A DNA stretch of 64,000 nucleotides. Origin: Harriotta raleighana. Lineage: Eukaryota. Shown here piece after piece: positions 50,801-64,000 of the stretch; position 1 is the stretch's first letter; each line of letters starts with the position of its first letter. Location: positions 22,184-86,183 of the forward strand of contig JBNZDD010013673.1 of NCBI GenBank assembly GCA_050575255.1, in the 5' to 3' direction. Under the pieces are notes generated by a model, which did no database searches, was not told where the DNA came from, and was given only the letters and a program-made list of their open reading frames with translations. Made by a program: the position numbers and the translations under genes.

Positions 50801-53800
50801 CTGGCGAGTTGGCGGTGGATATGAAAGGAGAAAGAGAGAGAGAAATGAATTTTTAAAAAATAGTTTCTAAATTATGCTCCAACATTTTGTGCATATGTTC
50901 ACAAACAACACAGGATTTTATCATGCAGTGTGGGTTCCTACGCTGCAGAATGGACTCTGTACCCCATACCAAGCAGAGTGGAGAACGTAAAATCAAGTAG
51001 ATAGCACTGACAACCATTACATGACAACTGGCCACGGAATGTAGATCTTGACAAATCTATGTTGTTATTATAATAAAAATAAAAAGTATATTTTGTGAAG
51101 CGTTTTGANTAAACAGTATATTTTGTGAAGCGTTTTGAAGTGCTCTAGAAGACGTGAAAAGCACCATATCAAAAACAAGGATTATTATTTATTATAACAA
51201 TAATAATCTTTGCATTTGATATAGCATCTTATTACATCTTCAAGATTCTCTAAGCGCTTCACAGAACATACTTCCAAGTGAATTCACTGTATATTGTGTG
51301 GGTCAAATGTGGCAGCCAATTCCGCACAGCAGTGTCCCACAAACAGTGGTGGATTGAGAGACATGGCGCAGCTCATTATCTTGGACTACTGTTGATAGAA
51401 TTGATTCCATCTCCCCCACTGACCACCCCGCACTTTACAAACACAGAATATTCGCATATTCTCTTATAATCTCTTTGCCAACTGTGCGAGATTGAAGAGA
51501 ATGTCAGACTTCCCACAATTAGACACATCAAAGATATTTGCTCCTCTCACTGGCTGGATCTGTCAAGTTAATAGTTATCTTCTGTCAGTGTAACTGAATG
51601 ATTCTGGTAATCACAATGCTTAGTACAGTCTAAATACAATGCACGCATTGTCAGAGGCAATGGGAGTAAGTAAAGCATGCTGGGGGAAGGGGGGAAAAGG
51701 AAGGCAAAACATTTTAAATGTTAACATATTAGCAAAACTACATAACGTACAAGCACATCAGTTCAGATAAAACGTCACACCGGTTTAAAGCACAGGAACA
51801 ATCTAGTCAGACATCCTGTGTTGAGGGCTCTGGATTGTGTATCAGGATAAGCAGCATTGTTTTGCTATTCTATTTCTGCTGTTTACCACGCTCACCCCAA
51901 ACTTGACTCTCATGGGAAGAGCCAATTAAATGCACGATAAACCCAAGTTCGACAAATTATATACTCCACAGCTTGGCGCAAGAGGCATATCAATTTCCCT
52001 GCACCCCCCAGTATTTTTACTTCCCATGTACAGTACTGTGTTTATCTCTCTCCCTTTCATCACCTCAATCCACTCTTCACACCAGTAATGAGCAAGATGA
52101 ATGATCGATGTCATTCCACAGAAAGAGTCTTTCGGTCGAAAAATGTGACTAGGATTTGTCACCCGCTGAAACCTATAAAATCACTGACATAAGTCCCTGT
52201 GTAAACCCTGGCAAGATGAGGTTTACGGGCAGAGGAGGGGGAGGCTGCTGATCACACCATCTGGCAATGACTTGAAGAAGGTGCACGGCAATTAATACAA
52301 ACAGCAGGTAGCTGCCACACTGTGCCTCACTTACATTGGAAACTACATCCAAGAGGCATCAGGCTCTCAGCAGCTCACACCATGGTAATGTTTTAATCCC
52401 CAAACTACATACAGTGTAGGACTATATTCACACTATGTGCGTGGAGACGTGACTGCTTTAGTTAGGATTCTATTTCAGGTTTTAATTTAGTTGCGTGGAC
52501 CACTTTTGCTATTCTCTTCAATTCTAGATTGACTTTTAGATACTCCCCCACCCACCATCCCTTGAGATATCTAGCACTCAACACTTGTTTTCAGATTCAA
52601 AGGAACTTAAGCGACAAATAATCCACTTTAAATCAGCTCGTCTCATTTTGTCTCGTCTTCTCCCCGAGATTGCGGGTGTTTTATTTGAGAGCAAGATCAT
52701 CAAACACTACCTTGGGTCCATCGACCTCGACTGAGGCTGTGTAGAAAGGATTAGTGTTAGCGCTGAAGGGAACAAGATGGGGATTAGGGGAATGAGGCAA
52801 GGATCCAATAAAACAAAGCAATAAGGCTGGGAAGATTTGCTGAACATCAATACATTGAAGCAAACCATTTTCAGGATGTTGCGAAATCTGTGTTTGAACT
52901 AAGCGACCGCCTGCTTGTGTCCCTAAAGCCACAGGTAACCGGCGAGGAAATTACAGTCATGATCATGACTTTTGCTTAAAAATGTATTTATGGAGGAATT
53001 CAAAAAAATTAATCCATTGCCTCCTTTTACACACAATTGAATTGGGAGTTAGTTTTTATGCCATTTTAGGTTGCTCCACTTGTACACAATGTATATTTAT
53101 TATAATTATAGTGTACAAGACCAACTGTGCTAAAGTGAAACATTAATATTCTAGGAAAGTTGCTGGTGAAACAGATCAGTGACATGGACTGAACGTGATA
53201 ACCATTCTAACGTTTGATTATACACACAGTCCTGTTTGTTGAGAAGGTCAAGGTCAACAATGAATGCTGAATTTCCAATGAATTCACGGTGTCAATGGCA
53301 CAATGATTGAAAGATATTGAAAGAGCTGGTAAATACAGAAAGTACCGAAAATGGCCCCCAACTGGTCAAAAATAAAGTGTTTGGAATAATCAACGTTTCA
53401 AAACTTCAAAGGATGCTATTTCTAGATATTGATTGTTTTTGAGGGGATCCAGAAAGTCTTAAAAACACAGCGATTAAAAATAGAAGTACTTTGCCACCAT
53501 AGACAAATATGCGTTGCAAACAAACAGGAGTGTAAACTGATTGGACACACAACAAGTCCAAAGAGAAGTTGTGTGTGTAAAATATCTGCCTCGTGTTGTA
53601 TTGAAATCAGCAGTGATGATATTAGCTAAATGGCCTTCCCAGCCTTACTGGGTACAACTGCAGGATAAGGATCAGGACCAAGCTAACAGCATTCTCTTTT
53701 TACCGGATCATTGTCGCCAGTGAATCAGAGAGACACAACACTGAGTCTAAAGGAAATAAAGAGAAGAGGTTAACTAGACAGATAACTAACAAGACAAGAT

Positions 53801-56800
53801 GCATCTAAATGGTGGTTGAAGGCGAGTGAGAGAGAGAGGAAATAAAGACATTAAATCACCATCAATTACAAACAGACAAGAACAACTTTATCGGAATTGA
53901 ATGTCGCACTGCTGAGTCACCTGAAGTAATGTGTCCAAGTCCCATTTTGTGCTGACCTTGTTGTTGGTAGATTGCCGGGATCCCATGTGCAGTTTATTCA
54001 AATAATATGCAAGCACTTAGTCACGGAAACAATATTCCTAATGGTCATAACAAACGCTCGGTTTTGAAGAGGTGCGGCAGACACTTTCAATGTAAAATAT
54101 CAGTTCAAGAAATTCTTGGTATTTCTGAAGTACACTTTCCCGGAGAATTCTAACCAACTGGGGATCCTTTCAGTTACTAAAGTGTCATCATTATCGTGGG
54201 TGGAGTTGCTCTTTCTGTTGTTAAGGAATGAAGCCAAATGCAAGCAATTCTACAAGTAAATTTGATTGTTTTCCCTCCAAACGGATTGACACTTGAGTGA
54301 GTTGGAAAGCAAACTTCTCGCTCAGCTGGCACTGAATTCCTACAATATTCGTGGTGGTTCCAAATCAAAGTCAGGGAGGGTAGGATGCCAGTCTCACCTA
54401 CCAAAGAGACAGCTGCTTTGTGACAGACCTTTGCTGTAAGGTAGCTAAGTGCCTCTTTCACACCAATGAGCGTTGACTTGGAGTGTCTCTGTCAGGCAGC
54501 TGGCAGGGGAGAAACACAGAGATGTGTCGGGGAAGACAGCAAAGATCTTTCACGATTTCTTTCCTTGTGAACGCAGAGGAAGAGTGAATAGCAGTGAAAT
54601 ATTGGTACGCAAATGTTTTTCCTGTCAATGAGTTATCTTCAGGGTCATCGCTTATGTGATGAGCAAATGTTTTGGGCTCTTTTAGATGAATCGATGAAAT
54701 CACAAGCGGCATAAATCCTAATTAGCACCAGCATGAGTGTGAAGGATCCGGGGAATATGATAAGGCAGAGAATTACTTATAGCACCAATGACCTCAATCT
54801 GTTTAGTTCAGACCATATGTTTATCAGGCAGCAACCCCACCATTTGCCAAGCACTGACCCATACAGCGATGTAAAGTGCGACGGAGACAACAACAGTTAA
54901 AGGACTGACATTCAATGACATTTACCGTCGAAACTCTTTCACTAGGCATCTCCGTATTCTGTCTGAAACATTTCAGGCTAACAGAAGGTTGCCCTTGGAC
55001 TGAATGACAAAAGGATGGCAGTGGTAGTGGGGGGGGAAACGAAGGGAGAGAGAAAAAAAATAGTGTATCTTTGTTTGAAAGCCATCCGTAACATTCTGTT
55101 TAGGAACGTCCACATGGTCAAACAAACACAGGATTGAGCTTCAATTGGCGAAGGCGGCGAGTCTTGTTTAGTAAAAAAAAGTCTGAACGAACGGCAGCTG
55201 TTATTAAACATTCCGCCACTGTTGTGGATTGGATGCCTAGGTCAACTATTCAGCGATTCCAATGGACAAGTTCGCAGATGGCTTGCGGGACACACGGACT
55301 TACATACATACAATGCCACCACAGCATGCTGCACAGACGGTGGAGTCTGCCACTAATCTGGATGTGTGCCTTCCATCTAAAGGCATCTGCTCAACTCAAC
55401 CCTTTAACCTTTGCTTTTATACCATGCACAGAGAAAGACTATCAATTCTGAAGCACGTCATAAGATTAGCTTTCCTTTTTCTTTGGGTCATTAAATGTAT
55501 ACATGACGTTATGTTCATATCTTAATCTCATTACCAGCCGTAACATTTTAAGATTTATATTCAGGCTCTCGTTTTAGAAGACACAATGGATGGACAAAGG
55601 ATCTTTGAAACTATAACAAAAGAGGGAGGTAAAAAAAAAAGGACATTCACTTGCTAATATATGAGCAGGGCGCAAGGCCTGTTGAGAATGGGTTTGACAA
55701 AAGAAAGAACATAAAGGCAAATTAATGTCCATTTTCCTTCATCTGTTGGGTCTAAGCTGCGTAATGCATGGTATGTGAGAAGTCATTAGGGATTAGGTGT
55801 TTCGTTCAGCCGCTTTAACCTTGAATAATCTTTAGCCCATGTTACTATTAGAGTTACTAACGAGACTCCAGCAAGAGACTTTATGAGCACTAGTATTTCA
55901 AAATAACAAGTTAAAATTGGTCACTAATTGAAAGGAGAGCTCTGAAGCTGGGAGCAATTAATTAGTATTATTTGTTTTATTAAACTGTTCAAAATTCTAA
56001 GGCCAATTGTCAAATTAAACTTTAGTTAATATCTAATACGTCATCAATATTTCACCTAGAAAAGATGTAAATTCACTTTCTAATATCTTCTGTGAATCAC
56101 TTTGAGACTGCTCAACAACAACAACATCAACAACAACAAAATCACACTTATAGAGCGCGTTTCACGTCAGGAGGACGACCCAAGGCGCTGATGATGTGAT
56201 AAGGACTATATCAAATGCAAGGATTATTATTAATAACACAGAAAAAAGCATTGCCAATGGTACATATTGTTGCATTCAAAGGGATGCATTACCCTCTCCT
56301 TCGTCCACTCTTAAAATAATTAGTGAAAAAGAGTAATTATTTATCATTGTAACAGCAAGTGGTGAGGGGAAGCTGCTTTCTGTGTACCAGCAGCTATGAT
56401 CCTTTCCTCATATAAGTGTAGTTTTATAAAAAGCAAAACATATTCTACCACTTGGGAGATTACATGTATAATATATACAGTGTGTAAAGTGTACGAACAT
56501 TGAAAAGAGCACTTAGCCAAGAGCTGAAGAAAGAGATAGGGCTTTGCGCTGGAGTGCAATACGTTGTTGAGGTCACGGTGTGTGCGGAGCTCGCACTGGG
56601 TATTTCCAGGTTAGGCTGAGTGAGCTCTATGGGGGCCAGAGAAATGGGTTGAAAATAGAGTACTTTTAAAATAGCGATGATAATTATAATCCTTGCATTT
56701 GATATAGTGCCTTATCAGGTCTTCGAGGCGTCTCAAACCGCTTCACCGAATAAATACACTGGCATGACTTAGTATCTTGTAGGCAAAACTTGATAACAAC

Positions 56801-57357
56801 AAAATTATACTTGTATAGCGCCTTTCACGTTGGGAGGACATCCCAAAGCGCTGACAGACAATGGCGCACAGCAGTGTCCCCACAAACAGGCAAATATTGA
56901 GTTTTGCAGGTGAAAAAACACAGGTGTCCTTTGCGACCAATGTAAGAAAGCTGTTGTTGGAAAATTGTCCCTTTGACCAAGACTCTTTTGCAAGATAAAT
57001 TTAAAGAGACTGTACATCGTCACTCCTTTTAAGCCCCAATACCTCATCTGATCTTTTTCCAAACAGAGAATCTGCATACACAGTTATTGCCTGTGCATCA
57101 ATAATCCAAAGCTCACCTGACTTACTGTGACTGTGACTGAGTGCTTTGGTAGCTGATATGCAGCCAGCCAAAAGACTGCAGTGATCGCAAACCGCTCACA
57201 GCCACACCCAGGCACGAAGCGTAATGAAATGAAATATAGTGCTGCAGTACAAGCAGAATGCCTGACTGCAGGAACACAGGACTGGTAAACGCACAGTTCA
57301 AGGTCTTTTAGTGAAAAGCAATAGGGAGGAGATGTAAGTCCTGTGGGTAAATGCACA

Positions 57358-57684
57358 TAATAATAATAATCCTTGCATTTGATATAGCGCTTTTCAAATC
57401 TTATCGACATCTCAAAGCCCTTCACAGAATATACTGTGAAGTGAATTGAATGTATATTTGTAGGCGAAATATGGCAGCCAATTGCACACAGCAGTGTCCC
57501 ACAAACAGTCATGGATTGAAATGACCAATTTTATTATTGTGTTTTTTTTGGACGGATTATTAATAGGTATGTGTGTATAGAGTAAGGAAACTTGCCCATG
57601 GTTTCTCACTGATCTGCCTGGATTCGAACACAGGTCTCAAGCTTGTAAGGCGAGTTGCTCTATTCACTGAGCTATAGGAGCTCC
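57358..57684 (-). mobile_element. Full-length tRNA-derived SINE
   Basis: Same young subfamily as 43858 and 49476. Confidence 0.92.
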
Positions 57685-59222
57685 ATGAATGCCTTTGGAT
57701 ATTCAATTTAGAACGTTGGTAAAACTTGTGAATCAATATTAAATATATTTAACAATGACAATTGACTCAAGTGTATCTTGCAGCATCGCATTCATCTAGA
57801 TTGAATCAACACACCTAAAGCTACCAAATTAGTCCAACAAATTGCTACGAGGTCTTCCACAGGTTAAATTGCTGAAGGAGTTTACATTGAATGGACGGAA
57901 TAGTTTGATATAAAGGGAAATGCCCAAAAACTACACTTTAAACTGATCCTGTTATTTTTCATATTTCTTCACACGTTTATCATTGTCAATCTGTAGGAAA
58001 ATGCATTTTTCAAGGTGGATTGAGAACAAATTTGTTTGCCTTCAAAACACGTAGTTGCTGTGCTTTGCACTTTCATCTGCAAAAAATATACAGTCCCTTC
58101 ACTTCACCATGTATTCCATGAAGGAATTTGAGACGTCTCAAGGTGCTATAACAAATGCAAGGATCATTATTATTGTATCCTGTGAAACACTTTGAAACGC
58201 CTGGCTGATATGAAAAGTCGCTCGATGTAATCAAATGTACAATGCTGTCGAAAATTTACACTTACATAGTGCCCTTTCATGTCGGGAGGATACATTAACA
58301 ATATTGCCTTGGCTTTGCTGTAAGGATTAATATAGTTAAACATTTGGCAGTTTTACAGTCACTGATTGTTTAATATACACTATTTCCTGCTGAGCTGAGC
58401 AAGACCTGTGATTCATTTACCCTCAGCCTCGGTTGAAAGAAGTTTCAAGGTCTGAAACTCTTACATTACGTCAAGCACTCCCTGAAACAGGAAGATATCA
58501 TCGAATGCGAAAAAAAAATCTTTAAATGCAAGACACTGAGCAGAAAATTCAAGACAGCAAAGCAATTTCAGTTTCTCGTAGTTTACGAGATCGTAAAGTG
58601 TTTGATTAGGTGACAGAGCTCTAACTCATACCCAGACACCCAATCTGTGCACTCACAATAAACAGCTCGGGCAAATTGAAAGTGCTCGGTGAGCAGAACC
58701 ACAGAAATAGAAAGCATGTATTTACGACAGCACAAAGGGGAGAAAAGAAAATGTGCTACTTTTCTGAAAATTATATTTGACTCGAAGCTCAGGCCCCACA
58801 GGTCAACACTAGACTCTCTCTTTCATTCCAAATCATTTCCATCTGTAGCTGGACAAGGTTTAAATCGATAATGGAATTCAATCATTTGAAATTTTCAATC
58901 CATTTCACCCTTTCTGATTTATGGCATTCATGTGTTGCTTCTGCAGACACTAAATTAGATTATATTGATTTGACTCTGAAGGTGCTTTAGTAGAGGCTGC
59001 TCTTTAAAGTGAAGCTGGTTTGTTTTTTACGCCAATCACTAGGGTGGGGTATGTTATCATTGATCTACTTACTGCCGAGCTCCTTAATTGGCTCAACTCA
59101 TAACAGAATAGTGTCTGGACACACAGTGAATTCTCATGTGATTCCTTGATAAAACCATACGTTTGTCATGTTCATACTCTGAAATCCCACAAGCAAGGGG
59201 TTAAGGGCTCCCCATTCATGAT

Positions 59223-59545
59223 GGAGTCCTGTAGCTCAGTGGTTAGAGCACTCGCCTTACAAGCGTGAGACCTGTGTTCAAATCCAGGCAGATCTGGGAG
59301 AAACCTTGGGCATGTTTCCTTACTCCACATACACGCCTAATAATAATAATCCCTCCAAAAAACACAATGATAAAATTGGTCATTTCAATCCACGACTGTT
59401 TGTGTGGACACTGCTGGGTGCAATTGGCTGCTGCGTTTCGCCCACAAGTGTACGGTCAATTTACTTTACTGCAAATATACCGTGAAGCGCTTTGAGACAA
59501 CTAGAAGACGTGAAAAGCGCTATATCAAATGGAAGGATTATTATT
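59223..59545 (+). mobile_element. Full-length tRNA-derived SINE
   Basis: A-box TAGCTCAGTGG, B-box GTTCAAATCC, and an L2-like tail ending in (ATT)n. Confidence 0.92.
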
Positions 59546-60070
59546 CCACTTCTTTAGTAGGGATTTTTTTTTTAAGCAAACAACACATCATCAGCTACCA
59601 AGTAGCCTATAATTCAATTCAATTTCCAGCATAAAGCACAGCAGGGTTAGGATGTCTGTGAATTGTATATCTCTAACTTTAAATAATTTGAGAAAAACAG
59701 GCTCATTTAATCCGGTAGAACACTGAAATCTTTGTAAATCTGACATCATCTACCAGGAATAACTGTGACATTAGATTTTGAGTTGAAGGTATTCTGCATA
59801 ATGTCTGAAATCTTTGCAGCGTAGAAAATAAACATCTCCTCTGTAATTTGCCAGGGCAGCTTTCAAATGGGTTCCTGTTGTCTGATAATCAAATCCTGGT
59901 TGGTAGGAGCATGGTTTCATTTCCTGCTCTCTCTCTCTCTCCTAATTTATGGCAACCAGTGCCCCACCATTTCACTGAATGCAGAGAGAGAAATGGCCAA
60001 ATGCATCCAAACTGAGAACACAATGTAAAACTCTAAAACGCACTGAAGAAAACACCATAGAAAAATCTCA

Positions 60071-60352
<282 letters not shown>

Positions 60353-60721
60353 TCACCACAAGATCATTGCTAGATAACCAAGTTGCTTCCAGACATTCTT
60401 GCAAGTGACTGAAAAATTTTGACCCACTTCTAAATCGGGAACAGATCCTGACACTTGACCTTCTGAGAAATGGTAACACTGAGAATATCAATTGAAATGG
60501 AACGAGAAAATGTATTCTCAGATTGATCAGTATATGATGCCAGATTTCTAAAATGGTGGCATTCGAATCCAGTATTTGGAAAGCTTATTGAGATTCCCAC
60601 AGGCACTTTTCACATCTGATTCATTTTTTAAAATCAATCTCCCAGACAGACAGGAAGTCACACTCAACGACTCAAATCTGGTTGAAGTCCACTCATTTCT
60701 GACCTGAACGGAATTGAATTA

Positions 60722-61096
60722 CAGTAAAACCTTGTTCATCCGTGACCCGATCAACCGGATTGCTCGACCCCCTCCCAGGGGAATTCCCCATTCCAGAATC
60801 GCGAGTTTGCTCACTTTGCGCATGCGTACAATGCGTGCGCTTGCGCACGTAGTGAACTTACGAACTTGGGTTTTTACCAATCGGTAAAAAATTATGCTTT
60901 ACCGATTTTTTCCCGACTGTACTGGAATGCTTTATTGATAAGTATCCATACAATATTCTGTTTGATCTATTATTAACATGGTATGTTTTAAAATAAGTTA
61001 ATTTTTTATGTTGGGTTTTTGGCTACTTGTCCCCCTTTTATCCGGCAGTCAATTAGTCCACCCCCCAGAGTGTGCCGGATAAATGAGGTTTTTCTG
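60722..61096. mobile_element. Tigger/pogo-like (Tc1/mariner) MITE, 375 bp
   Basis: Imperfect TIRs CAGTAAAACCTTGTTCATCCG and (reverse complement) CAGAAAAACCTCATTTATCCG, with TA on both sides. Confidence 0.75.
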
Positions 61097-61311
61097 TAAA
61101 TTAGAAAAACCACAGTCCATGGTCTCTGTGAGCTCTGTTTGCCATTTACATCACTGATATGTTCATCCTCTGTGATGGCCTTACAGGCAAAGTGTGTTGC
61201 ACTTCCTAGCATCATCTCAGTGACGGCGTCATTCACTGTTCAAGGCAAGAATGACAATTCGATTTGCAATACAGTCAGGCTGCCGGATTGTGCGAGATTC
61301 TCCAAACTGAA

Positions 61312-61740
61312 GAACAACAACAACAACAAAATTACACTTATAGAGCGCGTTTCACGTCAGGAGGACGTCCCAAGGTGCTAGACAGATTGGTTCAGGACCC
61401 GAGCAAGGGAAAATGTTCAGGGCAAGGGGGGGGAAGGATGGGAGCAAGGAGGGGGTAGAGACTCGAGAGGGGAGTTGAAGGCACGGTTGAAGAGAAAGGT
61501 CTTGAGACCGGCCTTGAAAGAGGAAAGGGAGGAAGCGAGGCGAAGGCACTGGGGGATGGAGTTCCAGAGCCTGGGGGCTGAGCGGCTGAAAGCCCGGCCG
61601 CCGATGGTAGGACAGTTAGGGCAGGGGACGTGGAGCAGACCAGTGCCAGAGGAACGGAGGGTACTGGCAGGTAGATAGGGGGATAGTAGGTCGGAGAGGT
61701 AGGAGGGAGCAAGACCGTGAATGGCCTTGTAGGTAAGGAA
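61312..61740 (-). mobile_element. L2-type LINE 3' end (ORF2 C-terminus, 3' UTR, TTG tail)
   Basis: The minus strand encodes GLAPSYLSDLLSPYLP..TLRSS..TIGGRAFSRSAPRLWNSIP, typical of L2 ORF2 ends, followed by a (TTG)n tail. Confidence 0.85.
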
Positions 61741-63384
61741 CGGAACAGAAATAAAATGACCTTAGAAAAAGAATTAAGATATTTCCAATTATATTGAGAT
61801 GCTCAGAAGCTATGACTGTGATCAGGGAATACCCCAGGCAAAAATTGAAAAGGTCAGTACCTCATAAATACATACCTCATAAAGGCATATTTCTACTCTA
61901 CTCAATCCACACCCCCTTCAGCCCCACAATTGTACACTAGAAAGATAAGATATTTCTCCGCATTACTCCTGAAAGATGATTTGTACTGAGGTATTGTTTT
62001 TGGAAACACAGAGGAGTTTACCCTCTGGTCTGTCACGTTAGTAACCTTACGAATTTACCCAGTGAGGGATTTGATTGTGTAGCGCAGGTTAAGCAGTGTG
62101 TGACGCTAAAAGTGAACCTAGATTGTGTAGCGCGTTGAGGATATTTGCCCACTGGGGCATCAAAGGAGCCGCCACTGAGATAATTTCAACAGTGAGAGAA
62201 GGTGTGAGACAGCCAGACTATAAATAGCTGTGGATAGAAATGTGAGAATGCTGGAAATCAGAAGAGATTGGAACGGCTCGAAAATTCGGAGCAGCTTTAA
62301 ATGAAACTTGAAAGAGAAACTTAAGCAAATGTTTTAAGGGTGAACCTTCACAGTCTGAATGCTGTACTTGGGAGCTCTTGGTGGGCAGAGTTGTTCTCTC
62401 GCAAAGCCAAGCCTCTCACAAACAAAGGATTATCTTTGAACTCTGTCTCAAACCAATTTCTAATCATCTCTTATATATGTACGTTTAAGTAAACGTATAA
62501 GAGATGATTAGAAATTATCTTTTATACATTTAACCCACGACTGTTTGTGGTATGCTGCTGTGCGCAATTGCCTGCAGTGTTTGGCCCACAAAATACAGTC
62601 AATTCCTTCGACAGTATATTCTGTGACGTGCTCTGAGGCGTGTCAACGATACGATAATCAGTGACGTGTCAGATGCATGCATTATTATTATTTTTGTAAT
62701 GAGCTGATATTTTAAAATGTGCGAGGTGTTAAAAAGCNCAGTCAATTCCTTCGACAGTATATTCTGTGACGTGCTCTGAGGTGTGTCAACGATATGATAA
62801 TCAGTGACGTGTCAGATGCATGCATTATTGTTATTTTTGTAATGAGCTGATATTTTAAAATGTGCGAGGTGTTAAAAAGCAAATTCAAATAGCTCCCCTA
62901 TCCAAGTGTATCAGGTTTCATTCAGAATTTTACTATCACACAAACAACTTGTGTTAACAGTGGAAAAGAAAAATTCATGGAAAGAAAAATCATCTCACTG
63001 CAGTTTGGCAGCTTTTAGTATCTGCCACTAGTAACAGTTTCGACCAGGGCAAATAGCTAGGTAGTTAGACAGTTGGACTATGCCTTTAAGTTCTCAGTAG
63101 ATCCTTTTTTTTGCGTCTAAAGCGCCTCACTGACAAGTGGCTGCTGACGCGACCACTGCAAAGTGCAGCCTTTGGGCAGTTTCTGTATCACATGGGGCTA
63201 GTCTCTTCCTGTGCAGTCAATGGAACAGACTGAGTTAATTTCATCTCTTAAAGCCACACTTCATCCTTGGGGTTTGAAATAAGAAACGTACACCTTCTTC
63301 TATCAAAACATCTTACACTGAAAATTTATCGTGGAAAACCATTTACTTGGACACCGATAAAAAATGTCACTTGTTCTCTGAAGC

Positions 63385-64000
63385 ATGTAATTAGAGACAG
63401 CCAACAAGGATTGTTAAAGGCAAATCTTGCCTAACAAGTCTAATAGAAAATTTTGAGGAGGTGCCTGCGAGGATTGATGAGGGAAATGCGGTGGATGTTA
63501 TTTACATGGATTTCAAAAAGGCTTTTGACACAGTACCGCATAAGAGAATAATAAAAAAAATTAGAGGCCCATAGTATTAAGGGGACAGTGGCAGTTTGGA
63601 TTAAGAACTGGCTGATTGACAGAAAGCAGAGGGTGATGGTTAATGGGTGTTTCTCAAAACGGAAGGAGATGTGCAGCCGTGTCCCCCAGGGATCGGTATT
63701 GGGACCACTGCTCTTTCTAATATATATTAATGATCTAGACTTGGGCATAGAGAGCACTATTTCCAAGTTTGCAGATGATACAGTTAGGTTGGGTAGTAAA
63801 TAGTGAAGAGGACTGTCACCAACTGCAAGCAGACATACACAGAATGGTGGAATGGGCTGAAATGTGGCAGATGGATTTCAATGTGGATAAGTGTGAGGTG
63901 ATACACTTAGGTAGGAAAAATGATAGAAGGCAATATAGACTTGGTAGCTCAATCTTTAAGAGAGATTTAGGTGTTCAAGTAAGCGAATCATTAAAGGTAG
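63385..64000 (+). mobile_element. CR1-type LINE reverse transcriptase fragment, frameshifted
   Basis: GKSCLT, VDVIYMDFKKAFDTVPH, NWLIDRKQRV, VPQGSVLGPLLFLIYINDL and KFADDT motifs, with frameshifts and stops. An older relic lies at about 43500-43700. Confidence 0.92.

Noticed and set aside
59223-59295. tRNA gene
   Set aside because: The A/B boxes are the head of a multi-copy SINE, and there is no closing acceptor stem or poly-T terminator.

Overview
Eukaryotic (vertebrate) genomic DNA, most likely from a cartilaginous fish, possibly a holocephalan. This assignment is inferred from the protocadherin type and the repeat content. The + strand carries the 3' end of a clustered protocadherin locus: two complete and two assembly-broken large variable exons (signal peptide, six cadherin repeats, TM, variable cytoplasmic domain), each intact 5' end with its own conserved promoter. 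There are also two orphan cytoplasmic-domain remnants. A gamma-like constant region follows, split over at least four exons (15535-15593, 17300-17553, 28123-28233, 32010-32224), and it probably belongs to the chondrichthyan nu subcluster. The last two coding exons of DIAPH1 lie convergently on the - strand, the same neighbour as human PCDHG. The rest is intron, UTR and intergenic DNA with tRNA-derived SINEs, L2/CR1 fragments, a Tigger-like MITE, a 411-N gap and six single-N contig joins. The most notable observations are a candidate in-frame cassette exon derived from a variable-domain remnant, a WIRS motif in a gamma-type tail, a tetrapeptide-repeat constant exon, an EC6 gene-conversion tract, a phased double-CCAAT promoter, a candidate AP-1/CTCF control region and candidate alternative DIAPH1 C-termini. 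Everything was read by eye; no searches were run.
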